DNA of 64,000 nucleotides from Haliotis cracherodii (Eukaryota): assembly GCF_022045235.1 (NCBI RefSeq), contig NW_027266270.1, positions 36,704,001 to 36,768,000 on the forward strand, given 5' to 3'. This document shows positions 14,701-24,738 of this stretch, in pieces. The notes under the pieces were generated by a model, which worked only from the letters and a program-made list of their open reading frames with translations, ran no database searches and was not told the DNA's origin. A program made the position numbers and the translations under genes. Positions within the stretch are counted from its first letter, which is position 1; every line of letters starts with the position of its first letter.

Positions 14701-17651
14701 ATGAGCATATTGTTCAAGGAAACTCCTTGATTACTAGCTGTACAATCAAACACAACTCTTATTTTCGAAATCTTTCTTGGGTGGTATATCCCATGATGAG
14801 GAATGTACCATACCTTTCCTGTTTGGCCCTCAAGCTCCTCAATAGGTACCTTCTCAGCATATCCCTTGGCCAGTATGTCTTCCATGAATGTTTTGTAGTC
14901 ATCACTAAACTTTTGATCCTTATTAAACTTCCGTTTCAAGCTGTCCAGGCGTTTTAGAGCTTGCACACTATTGTTGGGCATCTGCACATTGGAGCACTTA
15001 AAAGGTAGACTAATATGATAATGACCTTCTTGTAAGGAGACAGACTCATTAACCTTGTCAAGAAACTTCTTGTCCTCTTGGGACATTTCTGCTTTGTCGT
15101 CGATGGAGCTTTCTGGGAAGTCAAAGTTTATGCTCTTCCTAACCAAACTATTCAATTCACTGATTTTCTCAACATTTCTGACATTTACAATGTCTGTTCT
15201 CATAGATGGAAAATGTTGTTTTCCTTCTTCTCCTGAAGGTCTGACAACGTTCCATAGGATCCATCCTAATCGAGTTCTGGTTGCATGAGGGCTTCCCTGT
15301 GGACCAACTTTGACTTCAAATGGAGAGTAAGCATCAGGGGCATTAGCACCTATCAGAAGATCGACACCAGATTCAAGTGAAGGTAAATGAATTCCACCAA
15401 GGTGAGACCACTCTGCGACATCAGAATCATTTGGAATGTGCCTACTTGTTACTGGGATATGGCTCCTAGAATACACTGTAGGAAGGACAACAGTATTCTT
15501 CATATCCATATCATGAACTTTCAGACCAGAGATGGCATGCACAAAGGAAGTATGAGGCTCCCCTAGTGTATCTATAGTTATTTCAACCTTCTTTGACTTT
15601 CCACTGCATCCAAGCTTATTCATCAGGGATTCTGAACAGAAAGAGATGGTACTTCCGGGGTCCAAGAATGCATATGTCGATATCACTTTCAATGTATCTT
15701 TGAATGTTACTTTCACAGGGATTACAGCTAGTGTACATTCACCGCTGCTGTCACCGGTCTCCATATCTTCACTAGCTTGACCTGTACATGCACTTAAACA
15801 TTTCAGGTTTGTCTGGGAGTCAATATGCAATATTGTCGAGTGATTGCCTTTGCAGCACTGACAAATGACAATTTTATGACATTCCTTGCTACGATGACCC
15901 TGCTCAAAGCAACGAAAACATAGACCCTTGGATTTGAGAAAGTTCAAACGATCAATGTGGGGTTTTGAAGCTAACTTCTTGCACAAGTCTATTAAATGTC
16001 CATCATTTCCACAGTAGTCACATGGCCTTTGGACATTAGTATCAAACCTAGATGGCTGTTGATTATTGTAATCCTTTCCCATCTTGTTTGCCTTTACCAG
16101 ATCAGTACCAAATGTTAGTTTGGTTGGAACCTTTACAGTGCTGGGATTAGCCCATACTCTTTTTTGAACCTGTTTTTTGTCATCTGGTCGCATGGCTTCT
16201 TTTCCATACATTGTATCCATAGCCTTTTGGGCTTCTTTTCGGACAAACTGAACAAGGTCAGAAAATTCTACAGTTGATCTAGAGAGACGAATTTGTAAAA
16301 CAATACCTCTCCACTTCTCCTGGCAGTGAAATGGTAACTTCATTACAAGCTTCCGTATGTTGTCAGGGTACTCAAGTACCTTAACCGAGTACAAACTCTT
16401 CACAGCATTCTGGCATTCATTCAGGAACACAGCATATTCGTCCAAAGATTTCGCATTATCTGCTTTAATGTTGGGCCAGCACATAGCCCTTTTTATTAGG
16501 GCATTTGCAATTGTCTCTTGATTGCCATACCTTTCTTCAAGCTCGGCCATAGCAGCTTTGTAGCCACTTCTTGCATCCAGGTAGCTAAAACTTTTAACAA
16601 CTTGATGTGCCTCTCCCTCAGTGAACTGCTCAAGGTAACACATAAGCTCATCTTCAGAACTCGAGTTGTTAATTATCTTTGTCCGAAATTGCCTCATGAA
16701 CTTCTGGAATTCTAAGGGATTTCCATTAAACTTTTGGATGTCTGGCACTGGTTTACGAAGTTGTTGGACTATTGATATAATCATGTTATCAGATGGCTGT
16801 TCATATGCATAGGAAGAAAATGGAGATACTCTGGGATTACGATTTGCCCCTTCAGACTTTTGCATATGTGGTACGTGCTCTCTTATGACATGATCTCTAT
16901 GCATTTCAGACTTCAGGCTTTGATCAATACTACCCTCGTCAAATGTCATATATTTTCTGGCAGAGTTCCTATCGTCCTGGTCATTGTCATAAACATCCAA
17001 CACCTTAGACCTGGCCTCGGAGATCTCCAGTTGTGTTCTCAACTCTAGCTCTTCCTCCTTCATCTTAATTTCTAATTTTGCTTGATTAAGTTTTTGTTTC
17101 TCTTTCAGGGCTTTTACTTTAGCTTGAAGCTCTGCTTTTCTTTGCCTTTCAAGTAACATTGCTGAAGAAATAGTACTGGCCAAAGGTGACAGGCCAGTTC
17201 TACATGATCCTGACCTTTTACTAGAACGACTGGGGTGTAAAGAAGCTTCACTCTGGCTTTGGACTGATCCGTGCTTCACAAAAAACTGCTCAATTGCTGT
17301 TTTAATATTTGAAAGAACTTTATCTTGAGATATGCACTCCTCTTCAAAGTGGTATATTTCAGGCTCTTTTAACAGTTGTCTATAGTCTTCTCTAACATCA
17401 AATAGCGTGTTGTAGAGGAAAAGCCAAGATGCATACTCTCGACGTACATCCTCAATTGTGCTTTTATTCACAACCCCCGTAGCAATTACTAAGTTGATGT
17501 GGTCAAAGTCTCTTTCAAGTTGCCGGAAAATGCCTTGTACCCGTTTACCTTTTGTTTCAGATGCATAAGACATGCCCTTATCAGTTAACTTTTTTCGTCT
17601 GGTTTCTTTTCCTACTTTTTCTTTATCTTCTGTCTTATTTTCCTGATCCAT
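11751..17651 (-). CDS. BEL/Pao gag-pol polyprotein (about 1966 aa from ATG 17651)
   Basis: Gag DUF1759-like region (PDIQKFNGNPLEF); three Cys/His knuckles (CDYC..GH..DLC, CFRC..GH..KEC, CQCC..H...LH); protease LDPGS; RT WYIPHH..KIRVVFD and YVDD; RNase H FSDAS and FWTDS; integrase H..GH..C..C, DFFGP, SDNGTN, WERM. Domain order PR-RT-RH-INT with no stops. Confidence 0.97.
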   Translation of the reverse strand: MDQENKTEDKEKVGKETRRKKLTDKGMSYASETKGKRVQGIFRQLERDFDHINLVIATGVVNKSTIEDVRREYASWLFLYNTLFDVREDYRQLLKEPEIYHFEEECISQDKVLSNIKTAIEQFFVKHGSVQSQSEASLHPSRSSKRSGSCRTGLSPLASTISSAMLLERQRKAELQAKVKALKEKQKLNQAKLEIKMKEEELELRTQLEISEARSKVLDVYDNDQDDRNSARKYMTFDEGSIDQSLKSEMHRDHVIREHVPHMQKSEGANRNPRVSPFSSYAYEQPSDNMIISIVQQLRKPVPDIQKFNGNPLEFQKFMRQFRTKIINNSSSEDELMCYLEQFTEGEAHQVVKSFSYLDARSGYKAAMAELEERYGNQETIANALIKRAMCWPNIKADNAKSLDEYAVFLNECQNAVKSLYSVKVLEYPDNIRKLVMKLPFHCQEKWRGIVLQIRLSRSTVEFSDLVQFVRKEAQKAMDTMYGKEAMRPDDKKQVQKRVWANPSTVKVPTKLTFGTDLVKANKMGKDYNNQQPSRFDTNVQRPCDYCGNDGHLIDLCKKLASKPHIDRLNFLKSKGLCFRCFEQGHRSKECHKIVICQCCKGNHSTILHIDSQTNLKCLSACTGQASEDMETGDSSGECTLAVIPVKVTFKDTLKVISTYAFLDPGSTISFCSESLMNKLGCSGKSKKVEITIDTLGEPHTSFVHAISGLKVHDMDMKNTVVLPTVYSRSHIPVTSRHIPNDSDVAEWSHLGGIHLPSLESGVDLLIGANAPDAYSPFEVKVGPQGSPHATRTRLGWILWNVVRPSGEEGKQHFPSMRTDIVNVRNVEKISELNSLVRKSINFDFPESSIDDKAEMSQEDKKFLDKVNESVSLQEGHYHISLPFKCSNVQMPNNSVQALKRLDSLKRKFNKDQKFSDDYKTFMEDILAKGYAEKVPIEELEGQTGKVWYIPHHGIYHPRKISKIRVVFDCTASNQGVSLNNMLIQGPNLTNNLLGILLRFRQDSVAIMGDIESMFYRVKVPKEDRNYLRFYWWPRGDCDEKPEVYRMCVHLFGAISSSSCATFALQQTAEDNKERYISEVVSMVKDSFYVDDCLASVEDEERAVYLINEVSKLCMDGGFHLTKWVSNSKSVMKAIPTEERAKEVKELNLECESLPSERALGVFWFVDSDTLGFKIQSKEKTITRRGILSVVSSVYDPLGFVAPYVLIAKRLLQELCKKDLGWDEVIDEASLTIWLQWLKDLPRLDEIEVERCYKPKGFGKIASCQLHLFSDASEVGYGVVTYLRLTNEDNGVHCVLVMAKSRVAPLKKMTIPRMELTAATVAVRLGKLLTRELQYKIDETFFWTDSMSVLRYISNSTSRFKTFVANRLTTIHEGSEVKQWNYVNTKFNPADLASRGMTYDKFKHAHQWFEGPDFLWRLRVKWPISPDLSVTDEDPEVKNSVSCLVTGQSQNILDRLLNHYSSWLRLRKAVGWIILTIRELKRKMKARQLESEAAEDRSEKLSRAKPKLTVSVLKDAEVALARYVQGQHFMKEIEFLKGKESQIKKGRGVSKSSSLYKLDPFIEDGIIRVGGRLQRAEIPHDSKHPVVLPKTSPLSKLLIKDAHTAVGHMGKNAILTYLRQCYWILGAGAVIKSLVSKCVICKKYQSPTGQQQMADLPDDRLQPDKPPFSHVGMDFFGPFLVRRGRATVKRYGVVFSCLTMRAVHLELACSLDTDSCINAIRRFISRRGQPEVIRSDNGTNLSSSERELKEEILKLNQSKLHSSLLEKGIDWHFNPPTASHHGGIWERMIRSIRKVLNAVVQEQAIKLDDEGLSTLFCEVEIILNGRPITDVPYHPHDLNPLTPNHLLLLRSGQKMRPGTFCKDDVYSRRRWKQVQYLADIFWKRWVKEYLTLQQERQKWVTKKPNLEVGDIVLLADSSPRNSWSLGRVIEIMMDKKGSVRIVRVRTAFTELVRPINKLCVIVRGSK

Positions 17652-17678
17652 TTCCAAAGTCAAATAATGTTAATGCTA

Positions 17679-18338
17679 TGTTGATTACAACATGAAGTTC
17701 CAAACAATCTTGAAACCTGGAAATTGCACTAAGTACATAATAGTCCAATAAATGTACAGAAACAATGCCTTAACTGCACTTGATAAACAGGAAACTTACA
17801 ATTTCATATACCTTTATAAATTTAGGCCATGAGAATATTATGAACAAAATTGAAGTCTAGGGTGTATCTCCATGAGCCAAGTCTAAACCAGCCACAAACC
17901 CTCAATTATGAAGAATTAAGATACTGTGTATGGTAGAAACTAAGAAGATGCATTTCTAAACAAATTCCTATTTATGAATTTTCAAATGAGTGACTAAATA
18001 TGCCATACCATTACTTTTGACTTCACTGGCTCCTAGCATGACTTCCTCCTGCATGCTGCATAAAGCACATGGTGACATGACCACACCAATCTGTGCTTAT
18101 CTCCCTTCTTAATAAGGTTGATGTAAAATTGGCACATGACCAAAAAATGAAACATAACATTCTAACCCAGGAAATTAAATAAACATCCGAACCATAACAA
18201 ATATTTAATATTGTATATTGCTGTTGTTATATGTAATACATAATTTGTGGAAATTCTAGAAACCAGATTTCATACCTCCTTCACCAATTAAGCTATCATA
18301 ATTGATAGAAAATAGAATGAAACATTTTGACCATTACA
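17679..18338 (-). repeat. 5' LTR (660 bp; lacks the 203-bp segment equivalent to 10428-10630)
   Basis: Identical by eye to the 3' LTR except for one deletion at the junction AATCTTG^AAACCTGG. Confidence 0.95.
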
Positions 18339-18831
18339 GTAATCTTGTCACTTTATAGTAATTAAGCGGCCAACAGAAAGCATATTCGTGGTAGCTGGAC
18401 AGTATTGTCAACGCGCACGTTGATGGGGAATTAGCTCTTGGGGGAATAAAAACAAAATCAACATCACTGTCCCGGAACGCTTTATGCACAACATGTAAAC
18501 AATAAACAACAATTGCACAATGAGCAGAATACCTGCTCTGACAACACAAACACAGCGATGAGCGGACCTTCCAGCTCAGGCGTACAAGAGGTGAGCGGAG
18601 CTCCAGCTCACCTCAGGGCGTTTCCTACGAGCGGCACATCCTGCTCGAGGTCGTCCCTATGCCAGCACTCAGAATACCAAGCCTGACTAACACCGTAGTA
18701 ACTGTGTAAGGGTAGCACATATATAGTACTGAACAATGGAAATACAATGACGTTGCCCTGGACATGGGACTTCCTGGGGTGACGTACCAACACAACTCAG
18801 GGGATGAACAATTAAGGCAATAAATGTCATA

Positions 18832-19187
18832 CCGTATTCGACGTAATAAGCGCCCAGGGCGCTCTCGAAATTAGAAATAGGGGGATCTTATTAGAATATA
18901 ATTTTAGTGAAAGAGTAGAAAGATCGTAATTTTCTGACAGCCTGAAATGATACAAAAGAAAAGTCTGTGCGTATTATACACGACAGATATATTTTTCCAG
19001 AATTTAATTGCCCGTAATTAAGGGTGCATATAACACACGAGTGCGTATTCTACACGTAAAAATGTACACGAATTGTGTACATTGATCAGTCGGAAGGGTG
19101 CTAATTGGGATTGTTCACTAGCCAATATATTGGAAAATATCGCCGTGGGCGCTTGTTAGAGCGGGGCGCTTATTACGCCGAATACGG
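18832..19187. mobile_element. pogo/Tigger-type MITE
   Basis: TIR CCGTATTCG(A/G)CGTAATAAGCGCCC at both ends; TA target duplication. Confidence 0.88.
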
Positions 19188-19473
19188 TACTATAAATAAC
19201 AGTAATTAACGGGAAGTGATAAAGTAGCCCAGTTTGGCTGTCAGTCAATATACAATGAAATGTTGGTGAGGATAAACAATGGGGATTAGCGCCTAAAACG
19301 TAGTGACAATTAAGTTATGGAGACATGGCTACAGGGTAGTTTGCCCTTGGAGTCAAATGTACTGCAGACAATGGTAATCATAAAACAGTTGCTATGACAG
19401 TATAGATATAGTCACTGTATCAAAGGATAAACTTGCTGAACGTTTGTTTGAATATTCTTGGACTTTGTAAGTC

Positions 19474-19629
19474 CAGGGTTAGAAACTAACAGTTTTTGTC
19501 CACTAGTCCTTATAATGATAACATATAGCAAAACCCTTAAAATGGACCAATTTCTACTAGTCCTTAGGATACCTTTACTATTGGGCAGTTTGGTAAGGAC
19601 TACAGGACTAGTGCCAATTTCTAACGCTG
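19474..19629. mobile_element. Short hAT-like MITE
   Basis: CAGGGTTAGAAA / TTTCTAACGCTG ends with internal ACTAGTCC/GGACTAGT motifs; TSD degraded. Confidence 0.55.
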
Positions 19630-21648
19630 ATTAGTCTTTGTAAGAATATGGAAAAATAAGATTACAACCATGACAATATGTAACAATATGTATTATTTTA
19701 TAAAAAATGTGATACTAACGGTACAGTTACGTCTCTCACTCAGCTACATGGTTGGGATTTTTCTACATTATTATAAACTTTTTTCTGCAGATTGTATGGT
19801 TCAAATAATCCTTCAATCTCGATACAAGCTAGTTTTAGAATTACATCTATAATCGCTAGCAAGTTACAGTAACCAAACTGTCATTACCTCGTAGCATTGG
19901 CAATGTATTTTGGTAAATAATGTCTGCCAATATTCTCGGGACTTCTGTATATCAGTCACCCTCTAGTGTAAACAGTGAAGAGGCTGATACTGATGTTAGA
20001 AAGTACATGTAACCCTCTCAGATGAGAAAAGCAGTATAAAAACAAAATACAGTATTTTCTCAAAGCAATTATTTATTATTCTACTTAATTATTCATGACG
20101 ACCTAATTCATAGTTTTACTATTCCTCCATGATAACATAAATAGGTACATTGAGATTAAAGTAAAATTCCTATTCGATTGTACAACCCCAGTTACATGAT
20201 GTTCCATTTTTTACACATTACTAAATCACAGCTCACTGTGTTATTTACAGCATCTTTTGAAATTTAATTTCAGATATTTACTTGGGAGAAATGAATTTCA
20301 AAAATTGCAAATTCAGATTTTACACTGTAGCATTTTTTTTAGCTATCCATTCGTCTATTCGTTGCATACATTAGCTCAACATTTTAAGAATATATATGGG
20401 AATAGAATCTTAGGAAGAATAAGGGAATTAATAATTGATACATTGCAATGATTTGATATTTTCAACAATGGCATCCCCATAATGAGTACATATACATGTA
20501 TATAAAAGCAGACAAAAATGACGAGATTGATAAATATTCCAGGTCTGGGAATACATACTGTGGCGTGACATGAATCAGGTGATTGTTTAATTATGCACAT
20601 ATCTTGAGTTGCCTACAAAGTCAGTAGCCAATCAATGGAGAGTAGGATCAAAACAAAGTTTATAGGACCTGTCAATCAAGGCAAGAGGCTAACAGAACTG
20701 CAACAGTCAGACGGGACAAAGCGGCTGTTTCAAATGACATGGTCAGTTGAATCAGTTACCACCAGATTCAAACATTAGTTCCCTGAGAATGGGAAGACAC
20801 AGTTGGAAAAATGCTAGTTAGAACTGAAACCCAAAGCGATGAAAGTTGTGGAACCGAGCGAGCGGGATAAAAAGGGCGAGTGAGCTTGCATGTTTGCTGT
20901 TTCATTTTGGACAATGAATATGCATGAATGACGATACATGTCCTGTGCATGACGATACACATGAGCAGAAAGGGAATTCCCTGGATTCCCCGACATTCCG
21001 CAGTAATAAAAGTAGTCCGCCTCGGTGGGCGTGGCTTAATGTTTTACATTCATTGGGAAATGATTGCAATAACACATGACCAATTCAGCAAATTAAAACA
21101 CAGGAATTTCAATACACACAATGAAAATTTAACTATAAAGACATAAAACCAACCATGAAGTCAAATATAATTGTCACTTGTCCAGTGAATCATTACATTT
21201 GATGATGTGGCTAGTGCTCCATGAATAATGGTGCAACATAAGTCAAATTACACTTGCACAATGAGGAGAATGTTGGAATCTAAGAACTAAATTTAGGTTC
21301 GATAGGGCCATCCATTTCGCTATTACTTCTTTTTTTAATAAGTACGATTTCGTCATTTGTTATGGGTTTTCTTTATTTGTAAACGTATACAGTTTCAATA
21401 TCAATATTTGTGTTGGAATAGTTTGGTTCCTCGTTAACACTACGAAAATACATCGTCCTTACCCACAGCACCAAGTGACCTGAGTTACAATGAACTATTG
21501 CCAAGCATTGCAGAGTTATTCCCCCCTTTTCTTTGTACATGTGTAATCTCTCTGTCACCTTTAGACGTCATAGTGGAAAAACAGTTTTTATCATTTACGG
21601 CAGGCAATTTTTTGCCTTGACTGTATGTCGTTATACATATTCATATAA

Positions 21649-21813
21649 GGGTAGGTCTGGTAGCCTAGTGGCTAAAGCGTTCGCTCGTCACGCCGAAGAC
21701 CCAGGTTTGATTCCCGACATGGATACAATGTGTGAAGCCCAATGTGTGGGGTTCCCCGCCGTGATATTGCTGGAATATTGTTAAAAGCAGCATAAAACCA
21801 TACTCACTCACTC
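21649..21813 (+). mobile_element. tRNA-derived SINE (family A)
   Basis: A-box TAGCCTAGTGG, B-box GGTTTGATTCC, body GTGTGAAGCCC..., tail GCTGGAATATTG...AAAAC and (ACTC)n. Confidence 0.85.
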
Positions 21814-22223
21814 AGATATTCATTTAACTCCATTTGATATATATTTATGTCATTCAGATGTAAGGCAGTAGCTGTTTTCGCTCAGTTTCTGTCAAGCAGC
21901 TTACTAAAAACAATCATCGCACAGTACCTTTAGCAGTGTACGCTAAAAAGCGGAGGAATTTCCTGTTTTTCGACGCATGGTCTTTCATTCAAACTGGTTT
22001 AATATTTGCAGTTAAATTTACACATCAGAAACCAGCTATGTTTAGGATATTAAATTTCACAATTTGCAAGAAAATGACACGAGAGAATATACCCTTTTGA
22101 TGCAAAGTTACACGTTACTAGGTATATATTGGTCATAGTGTGTTGTATTAAGAAACCGATTTTTTACCTTTGCCATCAGAAGAGATGTTAATAATTGAAA
22201 ACATTTAATAAAATCATATATAC

Positions 22224-22979
22224 AACAAGTATTTGTCACAAAGTGAAGAAATGTTCCCCGCCTGTATATACACCATAATACCAAATATGAAGACAATCCA
22301 GCGATTAGTTCTTGAGATATCGTGGCAACACCGTTTTCCAACTCCAAAAGCAGATTTGCCTGCTGTGACCTTGAAAATGGGGTCAAGGTCACCAAAACCG
22401 ACTGGTGTCTGTATATACACCATAGTTCCAAATATGAAGACAATCCTGCAATTAGTTCTTGAGATATCGCGGCAACACCGTTTTCCAACTCCAAAAGCAG
22501 ATTTGCCTGCTGTGACCTTGAAAAAGGGGTCAAGGTCACCAAAACCGACTGGTGTCTGCGGAGTCTAGTCCAGTGTTTAGTTCTTGAGATATCGCGGCAA
22601 CACCGTTTTCCAACTCCAAAAGCAGATTTGCCTGCTGTGACCTTGAAAATGGGGTCAATGTCACCAAAACCGACTGGTGTCTGTATATACACCATAGTTC
22701 CAAATATGAAGACAATCCTGCGATTAGTTCTTGAGATATCGCGGCAACACCGTTTTCCAACTCCAAAAGCAGATTTGCCTGCTGTAACCTTGAAAATGGG
22801 ATCAAGGTCACCAAAACCGACTGGTGTCTGCGGAGTCTGTATATATACACCATAGTTCCAAATATGAAGACATTCCAGTGTTTAGTTCTTGAGATATCGC
22901 GGCAACAAACAGGTGGGACGTACGTACGGACATATACTATATCCCCCGCTTCGCGCTTTCGTGCGGCGGGGGACAATAA
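22224..22979 (-). mobile_element. Helentron-associated interspersed element (HINE; DINE-1/pearl-like) with about 4.5 internal ~146-bp repeats
   Basis: Minus strand: 5' subTIR/hairpin GTCCCCCGCC...GCGGGGGA, (GTAC/GTCC) microsatellite, tandem core, 3' subTIR GGCGGGGAAC, short palindrome TCACTTTGTGA, terminal CTTGTT. Confidence 0.75.
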
Positions 22980-23361
22980 TGCACCCAATTATCCAGACTT
23001 CAAAATATATATTGATGAAAGGGCCAGATTAAGGTGTTAAGTTGAAGAATGTCCTAATTTAAGCAGAGATGTCTGGATAATGATGCACTGGAATAAAAAC
23101 TGAAATTTGTGAACGTATATTTCAGGGGAAGCTGTTTTCCAGGAATCAGGAGTCTCTTGAGGACATGGACACTGGGAACATTGGAAGCCCACATTTACAT
23201 GATTTATGCGCTGTTTCCCAAGGCCCCAATGGTAAAAAAACAAGAGATTTATTTCAGTGAAGTATTTTCTAATAAATCGCATCATGAATATTTTTTATGG
23301 TAAAATGTCAAGATTTTTTCATTTCATTTTGACAGAATGAGATGGACCAACAAGAATCAGA

Positions 23362-24122
23362 CTTCACTGAAAGAGCCACCGAGCAGCCTGGCTTTACTGC
23401 AAGAGCCACCATGTGACCAGACTTTACTGCAAGAGCCACCGAGCAACCAGGCTTTACTGCAAGAGCCACCGAGCAACCAGGCTTTATTGCAAGAGCCACC
23501 GAGCAACCAGGCTTTACTGCAAGAGCCACCGAGCAGCCAGGCTTTATTGCAAGAGCCACCATGTGACCAGACTTTACTGCAAGAGCCACCGAGCAGCCAG
23601 GCTTTACTGCAAGAGCCATCGAGCATCCAGGCTTTATTGCAAGAGCCACCGAGCAACCATGCTTTACTGCAAGAGCCACCGAGCAGCCAGGCTTTATTGC
23701 AAGAGCCACCATGTGACCAGACTTTACTGCAAGAGCCACCGAGCAGCCAGGCTTTACTGCAAGAGCCACCGAGCAGCCAGGCTTTATTGCAAGAGCCACC
23801 ATGTGACCAGACTTTACTGCAAGAGCCACCGAGCAGCCAGGCTTTACTGCAAGAGCCACCGAGCATCCAGGCTTTACTGCAAGAGCCACCGAGCAACCAG
23901 GCTTTACTGCAAGAGCCACCGAGCAACCAGGCTTTACTGCAAGAGCCACCGAGCAACCAGGCTTTATTGCAAGAGCCACCATGTGACCGGACTTTACTGC
24001 AAGAGCCAACGAGCAACCAGGCTTTATTGCAAAAGCCACCGAGCAACCAGGCTTTATTGCAAGAGCCACCGAGCAACCAGGCTTTATTGCAACAGCCACA
24101 GAGCAACCAGGCTTTGCTGCCA
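23362..24122. repeat. 30-bp minisatellite (about 25 copies), open in four reading frames
   Basis: Unit AAGAGCCACCGAGCAACCAGGCTTTACTGC with a recurring ATGTGACCAGACT variant. Confidence 0.93.
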
Positions 24123-24738
24123 GATTGTAGCAAACACAAAAAACGGGATGGGTGATTGCGGGGACTCCCTACAGTGCAGTTCCTCATGACAGATAAACCC
24201 AAATCTGAAGAAAACAGTTATTATTACCAACCGACCTCATGACTAGTTTATCTAGTAAGGTCGGTTAAAAAGTTTTTAGACAACAGGTGGTCACGGGACT
24301 TCAGAACGGTTATGTTCACATGCCCAACTTCTTAAAATGAATGCTTTATGATAGTCGGCATCATACAGTGGACACTGCTTTTGGCAGAGATTTCTTATGA
24401 ACATGGAACATTGTCGCTTTTATCTAATACACAACATCATGAGAATACTTCTGTATAGAACGAATATGTGGCACCTTAATTAGTTCATGTTGAATATGCA
24501 CTTGAAACACTTTTTCATTACCACTGGAACATGGTGAGTGAGAATGCACTATTCCTTTATAATGTATTACCTCTATTAGACGCCTGGGCGTATATTAATT
24601 TCTCCCAAGTCATGGATCCGGAGTCTTTTCTGTTTAAAACTGGCACAGTAGCAACTCATTAACAGCCTTACCGAAACCAAAAGTCTAAAGTCATACAAAT
24701 TATCAAATGATGGACCTGGCCTGTATGGCGTCTGATGG

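Larger units (their letters stand above)
10394..18338 (-). mobile_element. Full-length BEL/Pao LTR retrotransposon
   Basis: TG...CA LTRs at 10394-11256 and 17679-18338; perfect 5-bp TSD GTAAT (10389-10393 / 18339-18343); single intact gag-pol ORF; purine-rich GAGGAGACCGGTA before the 3' LTR. Confidence 0.97.

Noticed and set aside
13519-17048. Short antisense ORFs within the BEL polyprotein
   Set aside because: Expected shadow ORFs opposite a long coding region.
18550-18800. GC-rich segment with a minus-strand GAG|GTGAGC donor next to the 5' LTR
   Set aside because: It lies outside the TSD-defined element and has no recognisable product. It could be an alternative TTLL1 leader exon, but there is no evidence.
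22108-22988. ORFs of 110-195 aa on both strands
   Set aside because: They fall within the tandem core of the HINE element.
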